A DNA stretch of 64,000 nucleotides from Carcharhinus longimanus. Its lineage: Eukaryota. The translations under genes and the position numbers were made by a program. The notes beneath the pieces were generated by a model. That model did no database searches, was not told the DNA's origin, and saw only the letters and a program-made list of their open reading frames with translations. Below, piece by piece: positions 1 through 13,570 of this stretch (positions are counted from its first letter, which is position 1; the number at the start of each line of letters is the position of its first letter). The stretch is from the NCBI GenBank assembly GCA_030264375.1, contig JASCQW010000119.1, positions 9,563,659-9,627,658 on the forward strand, given 5' to 3'.

Positions 1-87
1 CGGACATAAAAAAACGTGTACGAGAAGTGAACATATTGTTTCTCAACTCAAAAATAATCTGCATTACTGAAAATGTCTAAATATTAA

Positions 88-2350
88 TGTAGCCAAGCAG
101 TGCGGTGGAGGCCAGGAACTCTACTTGCAGTGGATATTTTTGGAATCGTAGAACAGTTTCGAAGGGACAAATATCCTTCAGCAGTTTATACATCGAATGT
201 CCTCAGTTGATAAATCATACTATGAAAGCTTTGATTTACTGAAAAACCTCAAAAGACTGTAGCATTACTTAACTGTGGGATTGTATTAAATAGCCTTACA
301 ATCGGGGATCAATTGATAGGTGAATTCAATCACACAGTTGAATAAAATATGCATGCTTCGGTTATCATGTGGAGTGTTTATTCAAATCCGGTATTGCAGA
401 TGAGCGACTCAGATGTAACTAACAGCCTTCAGGCAGCCCGACTCACAAAAGCGGTTCTTACGTGAAATCACTGCACTTTTATTTTCCATCTTGGAATCGC
501 GATGTCTTTCACAGCAACGTTCTCCAAAAGTTTTCCCACGTTTGTAATGAGATGAGGACAGTCATTTTAAATGTAAGTTTTCTGAAGCAGTGCGATTATC
601 TAGCTGATACATTGCTGGATTCCTATTCATTGAGCACAGTTGAAATAAATTCATTAATTATGTGGACGGTAGAGCAAAGGTCCTGCAATGGTTGAGGTGA
701 ATTACTGTTCTGAAAAGAAATATTAAGCGTTAAATTTGGTAGGGGATGCTTGTTTATGAATTAAGCATATTTTATTTTCAGTAATGCAGATTATTTTTGA
801 GTTGAGAAACAATATGTTCACTTTTCGTACACTTTTTTTTATATTTCTAACTTTAAACTGATGCTCATGAAGCTCATTAAAAAAAATGAACTTTCTATGG
901 ATTACCTTGTGCTATTTCATGTATATCAGATTGTCTTATCTGAGTAAAGTTAGTTTTTAAACCAGAGTGTATTCTTCATATAGAAAATAGAGCATAGAAC
1001 ACTACAGCACAAACAGGCCCTTCGGCCCACAAGTTGCACCGATCACATCAATACCTACCAATCCATAGANNNNNNNNNNNNNNNNNNNNNNNNNNNNNNN
1101 NNNNNNNNNNNNNNNNNNNNNNNNNNNNNNNNNNNNNNNNNNNNNNNNNNNNNNNNNNNNNNNNNNNNNTGGTAGACCAGGAGCCTCCAAGACCTCCCAC
1201 ATGTTGCACTGGCAACAACATACTGGCCTCACACCCATACTTGCCCTCTTTTAGTAACTCAGATTAAAGAGTAAAAAAAAAATTAAAACAACTTATAACT
1301 TACCTTGCCTCACCCTTATCACTTTGGCCCGGTGAGCCAAAGCCCTTACAGCACACTCAGAAACAAAAAGAAACTTACCTGCTCTCAGTCAGAGCCCCCC
1401 TCTCTCTCTCTCTCTCTCTCTTTTAGGTTAGAGGAGGGGGGAGGGTTGGGATACTCTACAGATGTTAGAACCATTATACATATACAAACCCTATATCGTT
1501 TATGCTGAATATACTTGTCAGTAAGGAATGCAATTGTGCTGTTATATTAGGTATGACCAACCATCAGTTGGATACCGAAATAAAATTAAAAAAAGAAAAC
1601 GTGGTCTGCAGCATTGAGGAAATGTTTCTTTGTATTCACTGTGATTTATATTACCTGAAAGCTGTCCTCCAGCAGCTACAAAATGAAGGCATAAAATCGT
1701 TAGAAAATATGGAAGTAGCCAATATGAATATACAAATTTTAACGATTCTTTCGGCAGTAGAGCAGAAAATTTCCGGCTTGCTTGAGAGACCAAGCAGATT
1801 GGAGTCTGAGTGATGACCACAACAGGTGAGCCCGACTTCAGACAGAATACATGCGTAAGACTTGTGATATAAATGCAATATTGGAGCAGCTGTTACGCGG
1901 CACCAAGACAGGTTAAGGTTGGTGATACTCGGGATATTTTACTCTTTCGCAAATAATACGTTATTTTACCAACAATGTCTGAACTGACTTGGTAACGCCT
2001 GGAATCCTGTGGCATGGCATATTTTCAATAAGTCGGATATGTTGTGGTGGATCAGCCTACCTTTTTTTGTTATTTCTCACTGAAAATATGATTTGATTAA
2101 AAAAGTGTCTGCTTTAAGCACGTGGAATTAGAATTAGTGCCAAATCGGAAAGGACCGATCAGCAACAAAGTCTGGGTGTCCGGTGAAAGAAACACGTTTG
2201 AAATGATATAACAAAAGAAAAAAAAAACAAAGAAAAGAGATCAGCTTTTTGAGGAAAGAGAAATAAAGTTTGAGTTCAGGAGAAAGAAGAGTTGTTGCAT
2301 CTTGTCTTCTAGAATAGTTTATCTCAGATTGCATCAGAGTTAGAACACGT
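88..2350 (+). pseudogene. TRIM-family (RING/B-box/coiled-coil) pseudogene remnant, possibly TRIM69/TRIM39-like
   Basis: 354-460 reads HVECLFKSGIADERLRCN*QPSGSPTHK, matching B-box2 spacing (H-x-E-x-L...C-x-x-D...C...H-K; GGT in place of TGT). ECPQ...LLKNLKxCSI at ~195-265 resembles the RING end. The 1590-1810 coiled coil (SIEEMF...KAVLQQLQNEGIKSLENME) ends at a GT donor at 1826. LGNAWNPV...MLWWI at ~1990-2055 resembles the pre-PRY linker. Multiple stops and frameshifts. Confidence 0.45.
985..1465 (-). mobile_element. CR1/HER1 LINE: both ends present, interior lost in an N gap
   Basis: 3' tail GGGCCGAAGGGCCTGTTTGTGCTGTAGTGTTCTATG at 985-1070 (minus strand). ORF1 start MGVRPVCCCQCNMWEV (CR1 ORF1 zinc finger) at 1170-1238, with 5' UTR beyond it. 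Confidence 0.8.
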
Positions 2351-2359
2351 GGTTGTAGG

Positions 2360-5247
2360 ATTAAAACAGTTGTATGAGTATCAAATATGGAAGATAAATC
2401 AGAGTAAACACCAGAATGTCATTACCTTAAAAATGATTTTTTAATGATGAAATGTAGACCTTCACATATTCGGACAGAAGAAAAGTGCGCAGACGTCCAT
2501 CAATTGGTATTGCTAGGAGAATGTAGAAATGAGGTGCAGAGAATAGCACATGAGGTAGGTTCACAAATAAACTAACATTTTTATTGCCCTAGACTGAAAA
2601 AAAAGTGGTTAAATTGTTTTGGTCATGGCACCCGTATCACGTTGTAAAGAAAGTGCAAGCAGTAATAAAACCAGCACCAGTAATGCCCGCTCCTGCATTT
2701 GCGGAACTTTTTCCAGATGTTGAAATTTATTGAGTAGGACCATTCTATAAAACAAACAGAAAACTGAAGTGGGAATCAATACTTTCAGCTATAATTGACT
2801 TGTCTACCAGATTTCCAGAGGCCGTTGTGTTAGCAATATGACAGCAAAACAGAGTTTTTGAGGAACCATTTAATAATTTACTGCATACGGAGTGCACACA
2901 CAAATGCAATCAGATCAAGGATTGCGATTTTTTTTTAACAACAACGTAATTCAAGGTGGCTATGGATATCTTAGGGTTCAAACAATTGATACCAACTGCG
3001 TAACATCCAAAATCGTATGTAACATTCGCATTGTGGAAAGGAAGCATAATGTTGAGTGCTTATTGCCAATATTATGCAGAGGATTGGGGTAAGGGATTCC
3101 ATTTGCACTCTTTGAAATTAGTCGTGTACGTAATGATCAAGCAATTTCAATCTATTTCATTTTATTTTTGATCATGAGTTAAGGGGACCATTTAAAGTGA
3201 TTAAGGAACAACTGGTGAATCAGCATTTTGAGACTAAAATATTGGAGCATGTGCGAATTTTTAGGGAAAAGTTGAATACAACAGATGAATTGGCTGGAGA
3301 AAATGTCGAAGTACCACAGGATATGATGAAGGAGGAAGGAGATAATAAATCAACCATCGTAGTTTTGGAGTCGGGGTGGGGGGGGGGGGGAGTGGGGGAG
3401 GGGCAACAACGTCTTCGCACAGCTAGCAGCACAAAATTTCGCAATCCATCATTTAAAAAGGGGGGAGGTGGAGGAAGGGAAACCGTTTTTTGAACAATAG
3501 TGAAACCGATGAAAGTGAATTGGTATGGAGCAAGATATAGTCAAATTAAGTCTTTTGGAGCTTGTTCATTAGTTGTTCAATTTGAATGAGTATATTTTTC
3601 TGGGCTGTCCAATGCAGCTCTTGACCTATGTAAAACAAAATTGTAGATGAATGAACAATACTTTCTGATATCAAAATGAAACTGAAGAGTGGAAGCATCA
3701 AGCTACTTTGGATCAAAGGGAATAGCAGCAACGTGAGATCAGATTTGTCTTTTGTTAAATTTGTACCATGATATAAAATGAAATGCTCAATAAATGCTTC
3801 TGTGCAACGAGCAGAGATTTGGATGTCCAGCGAAACCGTACTGGACACAGTTGTGATCGAATTAAGTAATGTTGTTTTCACAGCAGTATAAGTGGCAAAG
3901 TGATAATCAAAAACATGTGTGGCATAAGTTTTGACAAGAAGGTAGATAGTTTGCTCTGTGCATTCGGTAATGGGTGTGCCGAAAGTGATGGTGCAGTCCC
4001 AGAGCATAAATAAATACATACATAAATAAATATATTTCTAAGAAGAGAAGGAGCTCAGTCCAATGACCAGAGAAGGTGAGAAGTTTTTTTTTTCGGAATG
4101 ATCCAGACGAGAAAACTGTGTTACGTTACCTTGTTTATGCTGCCTAGGTCTCTGATGGCGTTGCCAGAGATAATTTGTCATTGTGACAACAATCTGAGTG
4201 TGTACTTGGAAACACGACATAGATAAGGACAGAAGAAGAATCCCGAAGAAGACGTTTGTCACGAATGTTTTGAAAATACTTGCTTGGTGGTGGAAGATGA
4301 CAACTGAAATGGACTATGTTTATTTTATGATTGTATATTTGGACTTTTTAAGATGAATGTACACTTATTGTAGATTAATCGTGCTGTGAAACTCAAAAAA
4401 AAATTGACAACAATATTTGAAGGTTGATATTTCATTTTTTGTTACTAATGAGCATATGTGATGTTGGTTTGACTTTCTGATTTAAAAAAAAGGTGGGTTC
4501 TGCAGCTCACAGCCTCTGCTGTTGTCTACATTGTTGGCTTGATAGAAGATGCCCTCTTATTGCAATTAAAACAGGACTTGTTTATTTTTACTGGAACATT
4601 TATAAGCCTGTACTGTTAGAAAAAAAAAAGAAACTGGATTGCAGGCAGATTATAAGAACACTTTCATTGTCAATGTGCAGTTGCAGGTTTTGGGTTTTGG
4701 GAGGGGAATCAACGTGAAAGTAAGTTTTCCTCTCTTCCTTGTTTTGGAAATCCCGTGCGGTGGTTGAATGCGATGCAAATTGTCTTCCTGGAGGAAATAT
4801 CTGTTGCTGTTTTCACCCCTTGAATCTCTCTTTGTGAAGTTGTTCTGACTCAAAATTGTTCTCAGCCTACCATGAGAACGATATAATTTATCCAACGGAT
4901 TCAATTCCAGAATCATGGAATCATTACTCTTTTGTGTGTCAAACCTGCTTAATTAGGGGTTTATAGATTCTGTTTTATTGAAACACCTGATTTATATTTG
5001 TTAGGGACCCTACACAATTGCATTGTTTGTTTTATTTTGTATTTAATCAAAGTTATTGCTGATTTCTCTCCATTCATGTTGAATGTATCCTTAAGTAAAC
5101 TTCGATGAATTAAAATTCCCTAGTGGCTCATGAGAATAATTTCTGAAGTGAAACGTATTATGTTTATCCCAGGCAAATTCAAGATGCAAAACCTACTGAT
5201 CTAGGCAGTTTCATGAAACAATTAGGCTTTTCTATCTCAACCATAAA
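2360..5247 (+). mobile_element. Degraded Gypsy LTR retrotransposon (Gmr1-like): integrase, RT/RH remnants, 3' LTR ~4457-5247
   Basis: Integrase remnants at 2450-2930: MRKWRP-like, IAHE, KPAP..PAF, STRFPEA, QSDQG. The LTR-like segment begins TGTGATG at ~4457 and ends ...ctcaaccata. Confidence 0.75.
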
Positions 5248-5419
5248 AATTTGCAATGTGATGTTCAGGAAAAAAGAAAGAAGATTGTGAAACAAAGGAG
5301 TTAGAGTGTGGAGATATGGTGACTGCACCTTTAAGGTAGTTCAATAACAGAGGGACAACTGGCTTCGGGTATCATTCGCAACAAAGCTTTACTGATCTGT
5401 ACAGAGACTTTTACCAAAA

Positions 5420-5750
5420 AAGAACAAAGAACAACACAGCACGGGAAACAGGCACTTCGGCCCAACGAGCCCGCGCCACCATCTTAACAATGTGTTTGTC
5501 CTACTCCACCCTTGGCCCATGTCTATGCTTATGGTACCCCCTTTGGAAACCAGATTGAGGCGAGAATACTTTCGGGACAATTTGTTACACTAATCAGCCT
5601 AAGAGCATATCTTTCGGGTGTGGGAGGAAACAGAGCACCCGGAGGAATCCCACGCAACCACAGGGAGAATGTGCAAACTCCCACAGACACTGGCCCAAAT
5701 CCATGTACCTGCTCAGCTAGCAGTGATAGTCACTGAGCTGTTGTGGTGCC
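5420..5750 (-). mobile_element. HE1-type V-SINE
   Basis: tRNA-like head, V-domain (GGAGTTTGCACATTCTCCC...CCGGGTGCTC..TTCCTCCCAC) and HER1-type tail. Confidence 0.85.
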
Positions 5751-5890
5751 CATCTGCTGGTCCAGTTTTAAGCATACACAAACGACGCGANNNNNNNNNN
5801 NNNNNNNNNNNNNNNNNNNNNNNNNNNNNNNNNNNNNNNNNNNNNNNNNNNNNNNNNNNNNNNNNNNNNNNNNNNNNNNNNNNNNNNNNN

Positions 5891-6430
5891 TTCCATACCA
5901 GGCAGCATCCTGGTAAACCTCCTCTGCACTCTGTCCAGGGTCTCCACGTCCTTCCGCTAGTAAGGTGACCAGAAGTGGACGCAGGACTCCAAATGCGGAC
6001 TAACCAACGTTCTGTACAACTGTAGCATTAGACGTCGGCTCTTACACAGCATACCCCTTCCTATAAAGGCGAGCATTCCATCAGCTTTCTTCGCAACGTT
6101 CTCCACCTGTGTTGCCACCTTCAGAGACTTGTGCACTTGCACTCCCAGGTCCCTCTGCATTTCTATTCTCTTAATAGGTCTACCCTTTATCATGTAACTC
6201 CTCTCTACAGTTTTTCCTTCCAAAATGCATCACCTCGCATTTATCAGGATTAAATTACACCTGCCATTTATCTGCCCAATATACCAGCCTATCTATATCC
6301 TGCTGTGTCACCTGACACTCCTCTTCACTATCAGCAAATCCTGCCATCTTTGTGTCATCTGTAAACTTGCTGATCACACCACGTACGCCCTCTTCTAATT
6401 CATTTATATACATTACGAATAGTGTCCGCT
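5891..6430 (-). mobile_element. CR1 LINE RT fragment
   Basis: ORFs QRDLGVQVHKSLKV..LYRTLVSPHLE..FWSPY and YINELEEG..ISKFTDDTK. Confidence 0.92.
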
Positions 6431-7589
6431 TTCTGATAGAACGCACCTGGAAGCCATGCGAAATGGACATGAGAACTTGAAGAGCTGGCTAGGTACTTCA
6501 AGACCGTATCGGGCTTCCGAACTTTCGAACAAGTGTGACCTTATCAATGGATAACTTGGTTTTCGAACGAGGCCCGAATTGTCCCGAAGCCACCATTTTA
6601 ATCACAAAATAGCACTTCATAAGTCATTGAAATGACTAATTTTGCATAAATACTCCTCTGAAACAATTTGGTTTCACAAAAATAGAAACAACATGCCATT
6701 CCAATAATTGGCGGTGGGAGCCACGTTGCCTGTGCCGCGTCTTCAATGCATCTCAATGTTCACATCTCTCGATTTTATTGTCGACTTGTATTCACACTAC
6801 AATGATTTGGAGATCAGCAGCACTAATATCGTTACATGTCTCACCTGCGAGTGCTTCGGTTAATTTCTTAATTTCTGAGAAGAAAATATAATATTATCAG
6901 AAACATACTTGCTACAAGACGTGCCAAAATTATCCATTATGTTACATTCATGAAATATTGTTCCTTTGTGATAATTTCACTTGCATATATCCTTGACATT
7001 CGATAATATTGAAATTACCCGAGAAATAATTGCTATAAAACAAATGTTGTGAGCCCCTTATTTTCCAGCAATTACTTTGAGAATATCGCTCTTCGGTTTA
7101 ACTGTAATAACGAATTCAAATTCAGCAAAGCCTCTGTTTTACAACGCAGACACGATTAAATCAGATCTTATTATACATATCCACCACTATCGTTGAAGAA
7201 AACGAGAAATCTGCTATATCTGTCTCTTGTCAATTACTTATTACATCGTCTGTAAATTGACGACATGACTTTTCCAAAGGAAAACTTTTCACATATCCCG
7301 ATATTAATGTTTGGTTGGGGCGGNNNNNNNNNNGAAATGCACAGACGTAGAGGACCAAATGTACGGGAAAATAAAAAAAAAAGAGAGAGAATGGTACATT
7401 CAATATGCTAGAGAACCCTTACACCTGTTTTTGAAGCATATCGCTTGTTACAGGCCCCCATTTAGAAAAACAAAAGTAAAACACCGCTCTAAAACGGCCC
7501 TCTGTCTTCTGTCGTCAAATAATTATTACATTAATTTTGCCCCTAAACGCTGGGTCCAATGAGATTTACGCATATGCAAAAAACTACCA

Positions 7590-8170
7590 TGCATAGCCTT
7601 GTCAAAGTCCTTGCTGAAGCCCGTATAAACACCATCAACTGTGCGATTTCATCTGCTTTATTGGTACTCCCCTCCAAAAAGGCAATCAAATTTGCGACGC
7701 CTGATTTTCAACTCACATATCTCCGCTGACTGCACCCAATCTGCCCTTGCCTCTGTAAAGGGCGGCGGATCCTATGTCGCAGCAAAACCTTCTAATGACT
7801 TACCAACTACAGATGTTAGGCTCAACAATCTGCACTTTCCAGGCGTCTCCTTGGAATCCTTCTTGGACAACGGCACACCACTCGTGGCCCTCCAATCTTC
7901 AGGCAGCACAGCTGTGTGTGGACTATTCAAGGTTTCTCTGCTAGTGACCAACAATTCCTCCAACCATGCCCGCCCCACCCCCCCCCTTCAACAAATCTCC
8001 GTCAGCCCCACCCACCCCCCTCCCTCCCCTTCCGGGTACACTTCATCAGTTCTCGGTGATTTATCGACCTTTTTGCTCTTCAAAAGTTCTAACACCTCCT
8101 ACTCTGTCATCTGTACATGCCTCAATGCAGGACCATGGGTCGTTTCTATGGTCTGCAAAGGTTGAGGTGA
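7590..8170 (-). mobile_element. CR1 LINE RT fragment (old)
   Basis: PEDWRATSGVPLSKK..PGKCRLLSLTSVVGK. Confidence 0.8.
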
Positions 8171-9100
8171 AATATTGTTTCTAAAAGGCATGTTAATTCT
8201 TCTGCTAATGTGCTTATTCATTACTCAACTGAAATGAACTACTTGCTTAACGGGTACAGACACAATTCCTTAAGATGCTGATCAGTGTTGATCATGTGTG
8301 AATTTAGTTAATGTCAAGGAACAAAGAAAAATACCAAAATTATGTATGGCTTTTCTGAAGCATTGCGAACGTTCAGCACGGAGAGAGTGGTTTAATTTGT
8401 AGGTGAAATAGGGAGCAAACCAAAACAAAAGAGAGGAACACGAAGGGTTAAAATGTTCAACGAAAAATGGAAAGTATGTCCAATTAAATAAATTGATTTC
8501 AATGTAGAACTTATTATTATTAGTAGTAGTAGTAGTATTAGTATAATAATTATTTAAGGCATGTTATGCAAATCAAGGCATTCGATATGTGCATGGAGAG
8601 TTAGCGAATTCGACATAATGTGGAATATTGTATAAACGTAAGGTAACGTCATATGGAAATTGGGACGATGCTTTTGCAAAACATTCGATTATCTGAATAT
8701 GTTTTTTTTAAGTAAAAGAAAATGAGATGCCATGATCGAATAAATTGGATAAACGTTGTCCTCTGTCGTTTTTTCATTGTTCTCCGCAGTAGTGTACCTG
8801 GTGGCTTTGGTGAGTGTTGAATTTACTTGGAATCACTTTCTGACTGCACTTCCGGTTCGCGGGGTTTNNNNNNNNNNNNNNNNNNNNNNNNNNNNNNNNN
8901 NNNNNNNNNNNNNNNNNNNNNNNNNNNNNNNNNNNNNNNNNNNNNNNNNNNNNNNNNNNNNNNNNNNNNNNNNNNNNNNNNNNNNNNNNNNNNNNNNNNN
9001 NNNNNNNNNNNNNNNNNNNNNNNNNNNNNNNNNNNNNNNNNNNNNNNNNNNNNNNNNNNNNNNNNNNNNNNNNNNNNNNNNNNNNNNNNNNNNNNNNNNN

Positions 9101-9243
9101 CACTATTCTCCCCTGAATCTGGCTACATTAGGGGTTCCACTCACATACACACAGGGCGGGGTAGGTGTGGGAAGATGTGGCGGCGTGGGCTCGTTGGGCC
9201 AAAGGGCTTGTTTCCCGTGCTAGGATGTTCTTTGTTCTTTGTT
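9101..9243 (+). mobile_element. SINE/CR1 3' tail next to an N gap
   Basis: GGGCCAAAGGGCTTGTTTCCCGTGCT...GTTCTTTGTTCTTTG tail. Confidence 0.75.
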
Positions 9244-10049
9244 TTCAATCGAAACCCTGACAGTGAAATTTTGAACAATAATTTCAACTAGATCTGAATG
9301 GCGTTTTATTTTTAAAAGGAGAAATTTACGAAAGTTGGTCAGCATCACTAACAGATCTTGCATGTCACGTGATATTTCTATGATCCCCTGCTGTACAGTT
9401 AACATATTAATTCGTAGATTCATATGCAATAGTAAGTATAAGTATGAGTAATATTGTGACGTTTACCTTGTTCCTTTAAAACCAGTGCTTTCGCTGAAAC
9501 AGAAATTGATTGCAGTGTGACTGAATTGTTCAGAGAGAAACAGGGGTCTGGCCCGCCCGTTGTGTTTTTGCTGACTATTCCTCGAAACAATTAATCTATC
9601 ACGACACCATAGCATTCTTCCAATGGCCTGCACATGCCCTTCTGATAAATGTAAAATATAATATAGGGTGACGCTGTTAGGAAATAACATAATATTTGCA
9701 TAGTTTTTGGCGTGATGCGTTGTGCAGGTAATGTTATTACATTCACATTAGCAACCGTGTGTCCGAAAAAGAGGAAAAGTAATGCAACATGCTGCACATA
9801 TGTAACATGTCTTTTTCTGCTAATCCGATTTGCAACCATCTGAGATTAAGGCAACGTTATTTTTGATTGGATCAGATGGAGCAGACAACAGAAAGTATGA
9901 CTCATGCAAATAAATTAACGAGGAAGAAGAAGTGTTTAATGTGTTTTTTTGCGGAACTGTCCATGCATTTATAACTTTAAATCACATTAATTTGTGTATA
10001 CATGCAATTGATTATTCATTGAAGTTGTAGCATTTTTAAAATGTTCGAC

Positions 10050-10300
10050 GTTAGCGAATGGTTAACACTTTTGCCTTATACTGAGATACGCGTCTAATTC
10101 TGGGCTGTCATGTCTGCCTGTGTGGAATTCACACAATCCTTCTGTTTCTACGTTGGTTTCCTCAGGATGCAGCATGTTGCACACACCGCACATAAACGTG
10201 CATATTTGATTCTTGGGTCATGCTCATTTGTCCCTTCGTATCAAGGGCTACAACAAGAGGGCCTGAGAGAGATTGATGGTAATATTGCGATTGATCTTAA
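10050..10300 (+). mobile_element. Degraded V-SINE
   Basis: GGTTAACACT..GCC head and GTGTGGAATTCACAC..GGTTTCCTCAGG core. Confidence 0.55.
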
Positions 10301-12389
10301 TATTGGTATCATTTGCCCAGTTTTAACTATGTAAAATGTGCGGCAGGCACATAATTTGGCTTCTTTTTTTTTCTCAACACCACTGCTACCCGACCTGCTG
10401 AACATTTCTGACTTTTCTTTTTATATGTTCGAACTGTTATGTGCTTGTATATGTGCTGTTGGAAGGCTGAAGTATTCTACGTTTGTTTATCGCAGCTTCG
10501 GCTGTTGAGAATTGCAAAGTAAAATTGAAAGCAGTGAATGAATTCATTGTATCTATAATTGAAACTTTCTGATTCCACGGGGCACAAGTCACTGTAGATC
10601 CAATGCATCAATCACTAATTGTATTCTGAAATATTAAGTCCTCAAACTTATTCGTACAATTTATATAACACTGCGTCGAATAGCTGTCAAAGTGCCATTT
10701 TTTTTGAAAATGAGGCATGGACCCGACTCCTTTCACCTCAAATGGTAAGAATGAAACCTTAGAAAGCACATCACCATTCTGCTGCGCACAACAGAGGTGA
10801 GCAAACATCTCGATATCCTTTGATAGTGGAAACATCTGAGAAGCGAAGGACTTAGTTTTGCAAGAGTCCGCTTGAACCGTTTGTAGATCCTGTTACTCTG
10901 CTGATGGGAACATGTTTGAAAATTCTTAGTTCCCAGGTTGAATTCATCAAACGTATTTCCAGAAGACGCCAACTCTCTCGCAGTTACAGACAGTGATTTC
11001 AGCCAGGCCTTTGCAACTGTCACGCTTCACTGTGTGTACACTTTGCCCGCTTCATTGGATGACGCTAAGCGGGAGCAGGTCAGTAAATATTTGAAAAGAT
11101 GTTGATGTTATGCTAAGATCTGAATGTTATATGTCTTTCGATGCGCAAAAGTTAAACTTCGAGTCCACTATCTACATTCTGAGCATAGTTGCTGTGAAAT
11201 GTGGATCGATAGTTTCCCTGGAAATCATTAAAGTGCATAAAGTGGGGGAAGGATGGATGCGGAATTTGCATCCTACAAGCGAACAATTACAACAAATAAG
11301 CTCCATAATTGACAGAGAGCAGCATTGTTTTCTGCTGGCCAACACGTCCCTCCAAACACTAGCGCAACAGGATTTGGAAGAGTGATTTAGGAAGTCAAGA
11401 AAGCTATTCTTGTGCTTCCTGAATTAAGAGATTGCAAACTGTGTGGGATTGCATTTCTTGTTCCATTTTCTAAAGTGGCCGATTGTGGTGCATTTCATAG
11501 CATTCCATGCTTCTGTCTCGCCTCTACTAATTTCAGTAATCTGGTTCCCTAAAGAGAGTTCGTGCCAAAGCGTCTGCTTGTGATAGATGTTCAATTCCTG
11601 TTGGAGGCAAATATGAAATGGAGTGCAGTACACGAAATCGAGATGAAAGAGGGCGGCAGGGAATGAAAAGAAAAGTAGGAAATACTGGACCCGAATGGGA
11701 ATAAGCATAAGTTTAGAAATGTCTCTCCTTGTAGTCGGTGCCTTCATGGGGCATATTGCATGTTATCTTCCTTATTGTCATTCATCTCTCTCATATTGCA
11801 GTACTGGTGAACAACGCATTCTACTTCCGCGTCGCTGATGCTCGAAATACTATCTCGAGTGTAATGAATCACATTCATGAATCCATCTCTACTCCAGAGT
11901 TTTACCCACAGAAGGCAAGATGTGACATCTCAGTTTCATCTTTTCTGTATTGTTCTAATAATTTGAAGAATAATGGTTCTTTCCCTCTTTTCAGATTATG
12001 TATGATGTTTCTGTCTGCAATTCACCTCCATTGTTATTCTGTTAATTGGCAGCACTATCAGCTATGGTGGACATGGCGCTGTTTCGACGTGGAAGAAACT
12101 GATTTCCACTTGTATTTTGACCCGAAACACAGAAGATTATGTTCATAATGAAGGGCATGTTAATCACAATGAAAGCACAGTAAATCTCTCCTTGAACAGA
12201 AACAGGATTGCGTTTCATGTTATATCATATCACATTATTGGCAGTTTGTCCATTAATCTTTGACTGACACAAGATGGAGTGCTTGCTTTCTGAATGTCTT
12301 CCGTAACAACAGGATAGATTATGAAAACAGAAGTGCTCAGGTCATTTTGGAGTTAAAGACGTCCGGATATGTCATAATTAAATAAATAG

Positions 12390-12729
12390 TCGGACCTTGG
12401 GGTCCTTGTGCATGTTTCGCAAAAACCCAGCTTGCAGGTGCAGCAGGTGGTCAGGAAGGCGAATGGGATGCTGGCCTTCATAGCGAGGGGGATNNNNNNN
12501 NNNNNNNNNNNNNNNNNNNNNNNNNNNNNNNNNNNNNNNNNNNNNNNNNNNNNNNNNNNNNNNNNNNNNNNNNNNNNNNNNNNNNNNNNNNNNGAGGGGA
12601 TTAAGGGTTATGGGGAGAGGGCGGGAATGTGGAACTGAGCCACGACAGATCAGCCATGATCTTATTGAAGAGCGGGGCAGGCTCGAAGGGCTAGATGGCC
12701 TACTCCTGCTCCTATTTCTTATGTTCTTA
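12390..12729 (+). mobile_element. 5'-truncated young CR1 LINE (with gap)
   Basis: QVQQVVRKANGMLAFIARG and tail ACTCCTGCTCCTATTTCTTATGTTCTT. Confidence 0.92.
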
Positions 12730-13079
12730 ATTTACGTTTGTTTTTTTTTTCAGTATGGACACGTCAAATCATTCTATACGATCCAATAGGCATTTCCATA
12801 GCCTGAGAAGGCATTTCCACACACTACTAAAGTTCCAGACTAAGGGCACCTGCACCAAGTTTCCCATGATCAGCATTCCTGGAAACATTTTCATTGGCAG
12901 GCATTTTGTTTTAATATGGATTATGATTAGATGAGACCAAAGTCCTAATTCTACTGCTGGAACGTGAGTCATAGCCTGATAACAAGATGACGACCGATTT
13001 ATCACGACTGTATCTTTTACGTCCGTTCATCAGGATTAAAATATTTCATTGCACTGCACTCAGTATGATCTGATGAAAT

Positions 13080-13570
13080 TTGACATGATAACCTTTTGTA
13101 AACTATCGATTTGACGCCGACTTGAATTCAGCAAGGAGTGCAGCAGTCTTTGGCTCTCCGTTATCTAACCTGCTGTTAGCATGCTCAAATATCTCCAGCA
13201 GTTTTGACAAAAAAGTGTTTTCCCCTTCATATATTAATGCTGACTCTGGCAAATACGACCATTACTTTCTAAGTGCACAACTATCATTTCTCTTTTTTTT
13301 TTAGGGCAGATTACAGTAATTTCCCGACTGCTGATACTGAACAACGGACATAGCTGGATTAACATTATGGTTACGTTTTCTACATTGCAATCAGCTGGCA
13401 GTTTCTCAGATATAAACATATTTGACTGAAGATAGTGGATAAAAATAACATTAATGCAAAATCCACATCCATCAGTAGTCTGTGATTCAGTAATGAGTTC
13501 CATTGTTTTTATCAATTTACGATCTGCTAATTTGTTCAGAACTATTTCTCTCAATGATATTAATAACGCT
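13080..13570 (-). mobile_element. Old CR1 RT fragment
   Basis: KLPADCNVENVT, SQH*YMKGK and LLEIFE..SRLDNGEP correspond to the CR1 VPADWKVANVT..SQHGFMKGK..LLEFFE motifs. Confidence 0.7.

Larger units (their letters stand above)
5255..7560 (+). pseudogene. SLC9C1: SLC9C1-like pseudogene copy P0 (cytoplasmic helices, VSD, pre-CNBD)
   Basis: FTDLYRDFYQK (~5388) then SAGPVL (5753) match IASYQRQYRN..SAVQVL. LEELARYF (~6476) matches LDTIKNY. LDFIVDLYSHYNDLEISSTN (~6768) matches ISWISQLNVIYHSELKHTN. KKKE..EPLHLFLKHIAC (7372-7450) matches KKKE..PLTVEEVLYHIPW. Motifs are collinear; the copy is disrupted. Confidence 0.7.

Noticed and set aside
8756-9291. ORFs running through N tracts (also 1002-1267, 5618-5968, 28307-28744, 30889-31236)
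   Set aside because: Their lengths are artefacts of gap characters.
10717-12148. Apparent in-phase 3-exon gene (10717-10796, 10937-11078, 11735-12148) with ATG and GT-AG sites
   Set aside because: Better explained as frameshifted SLC9C1 remnant P1; the homology switches between frames across these 'exons'.
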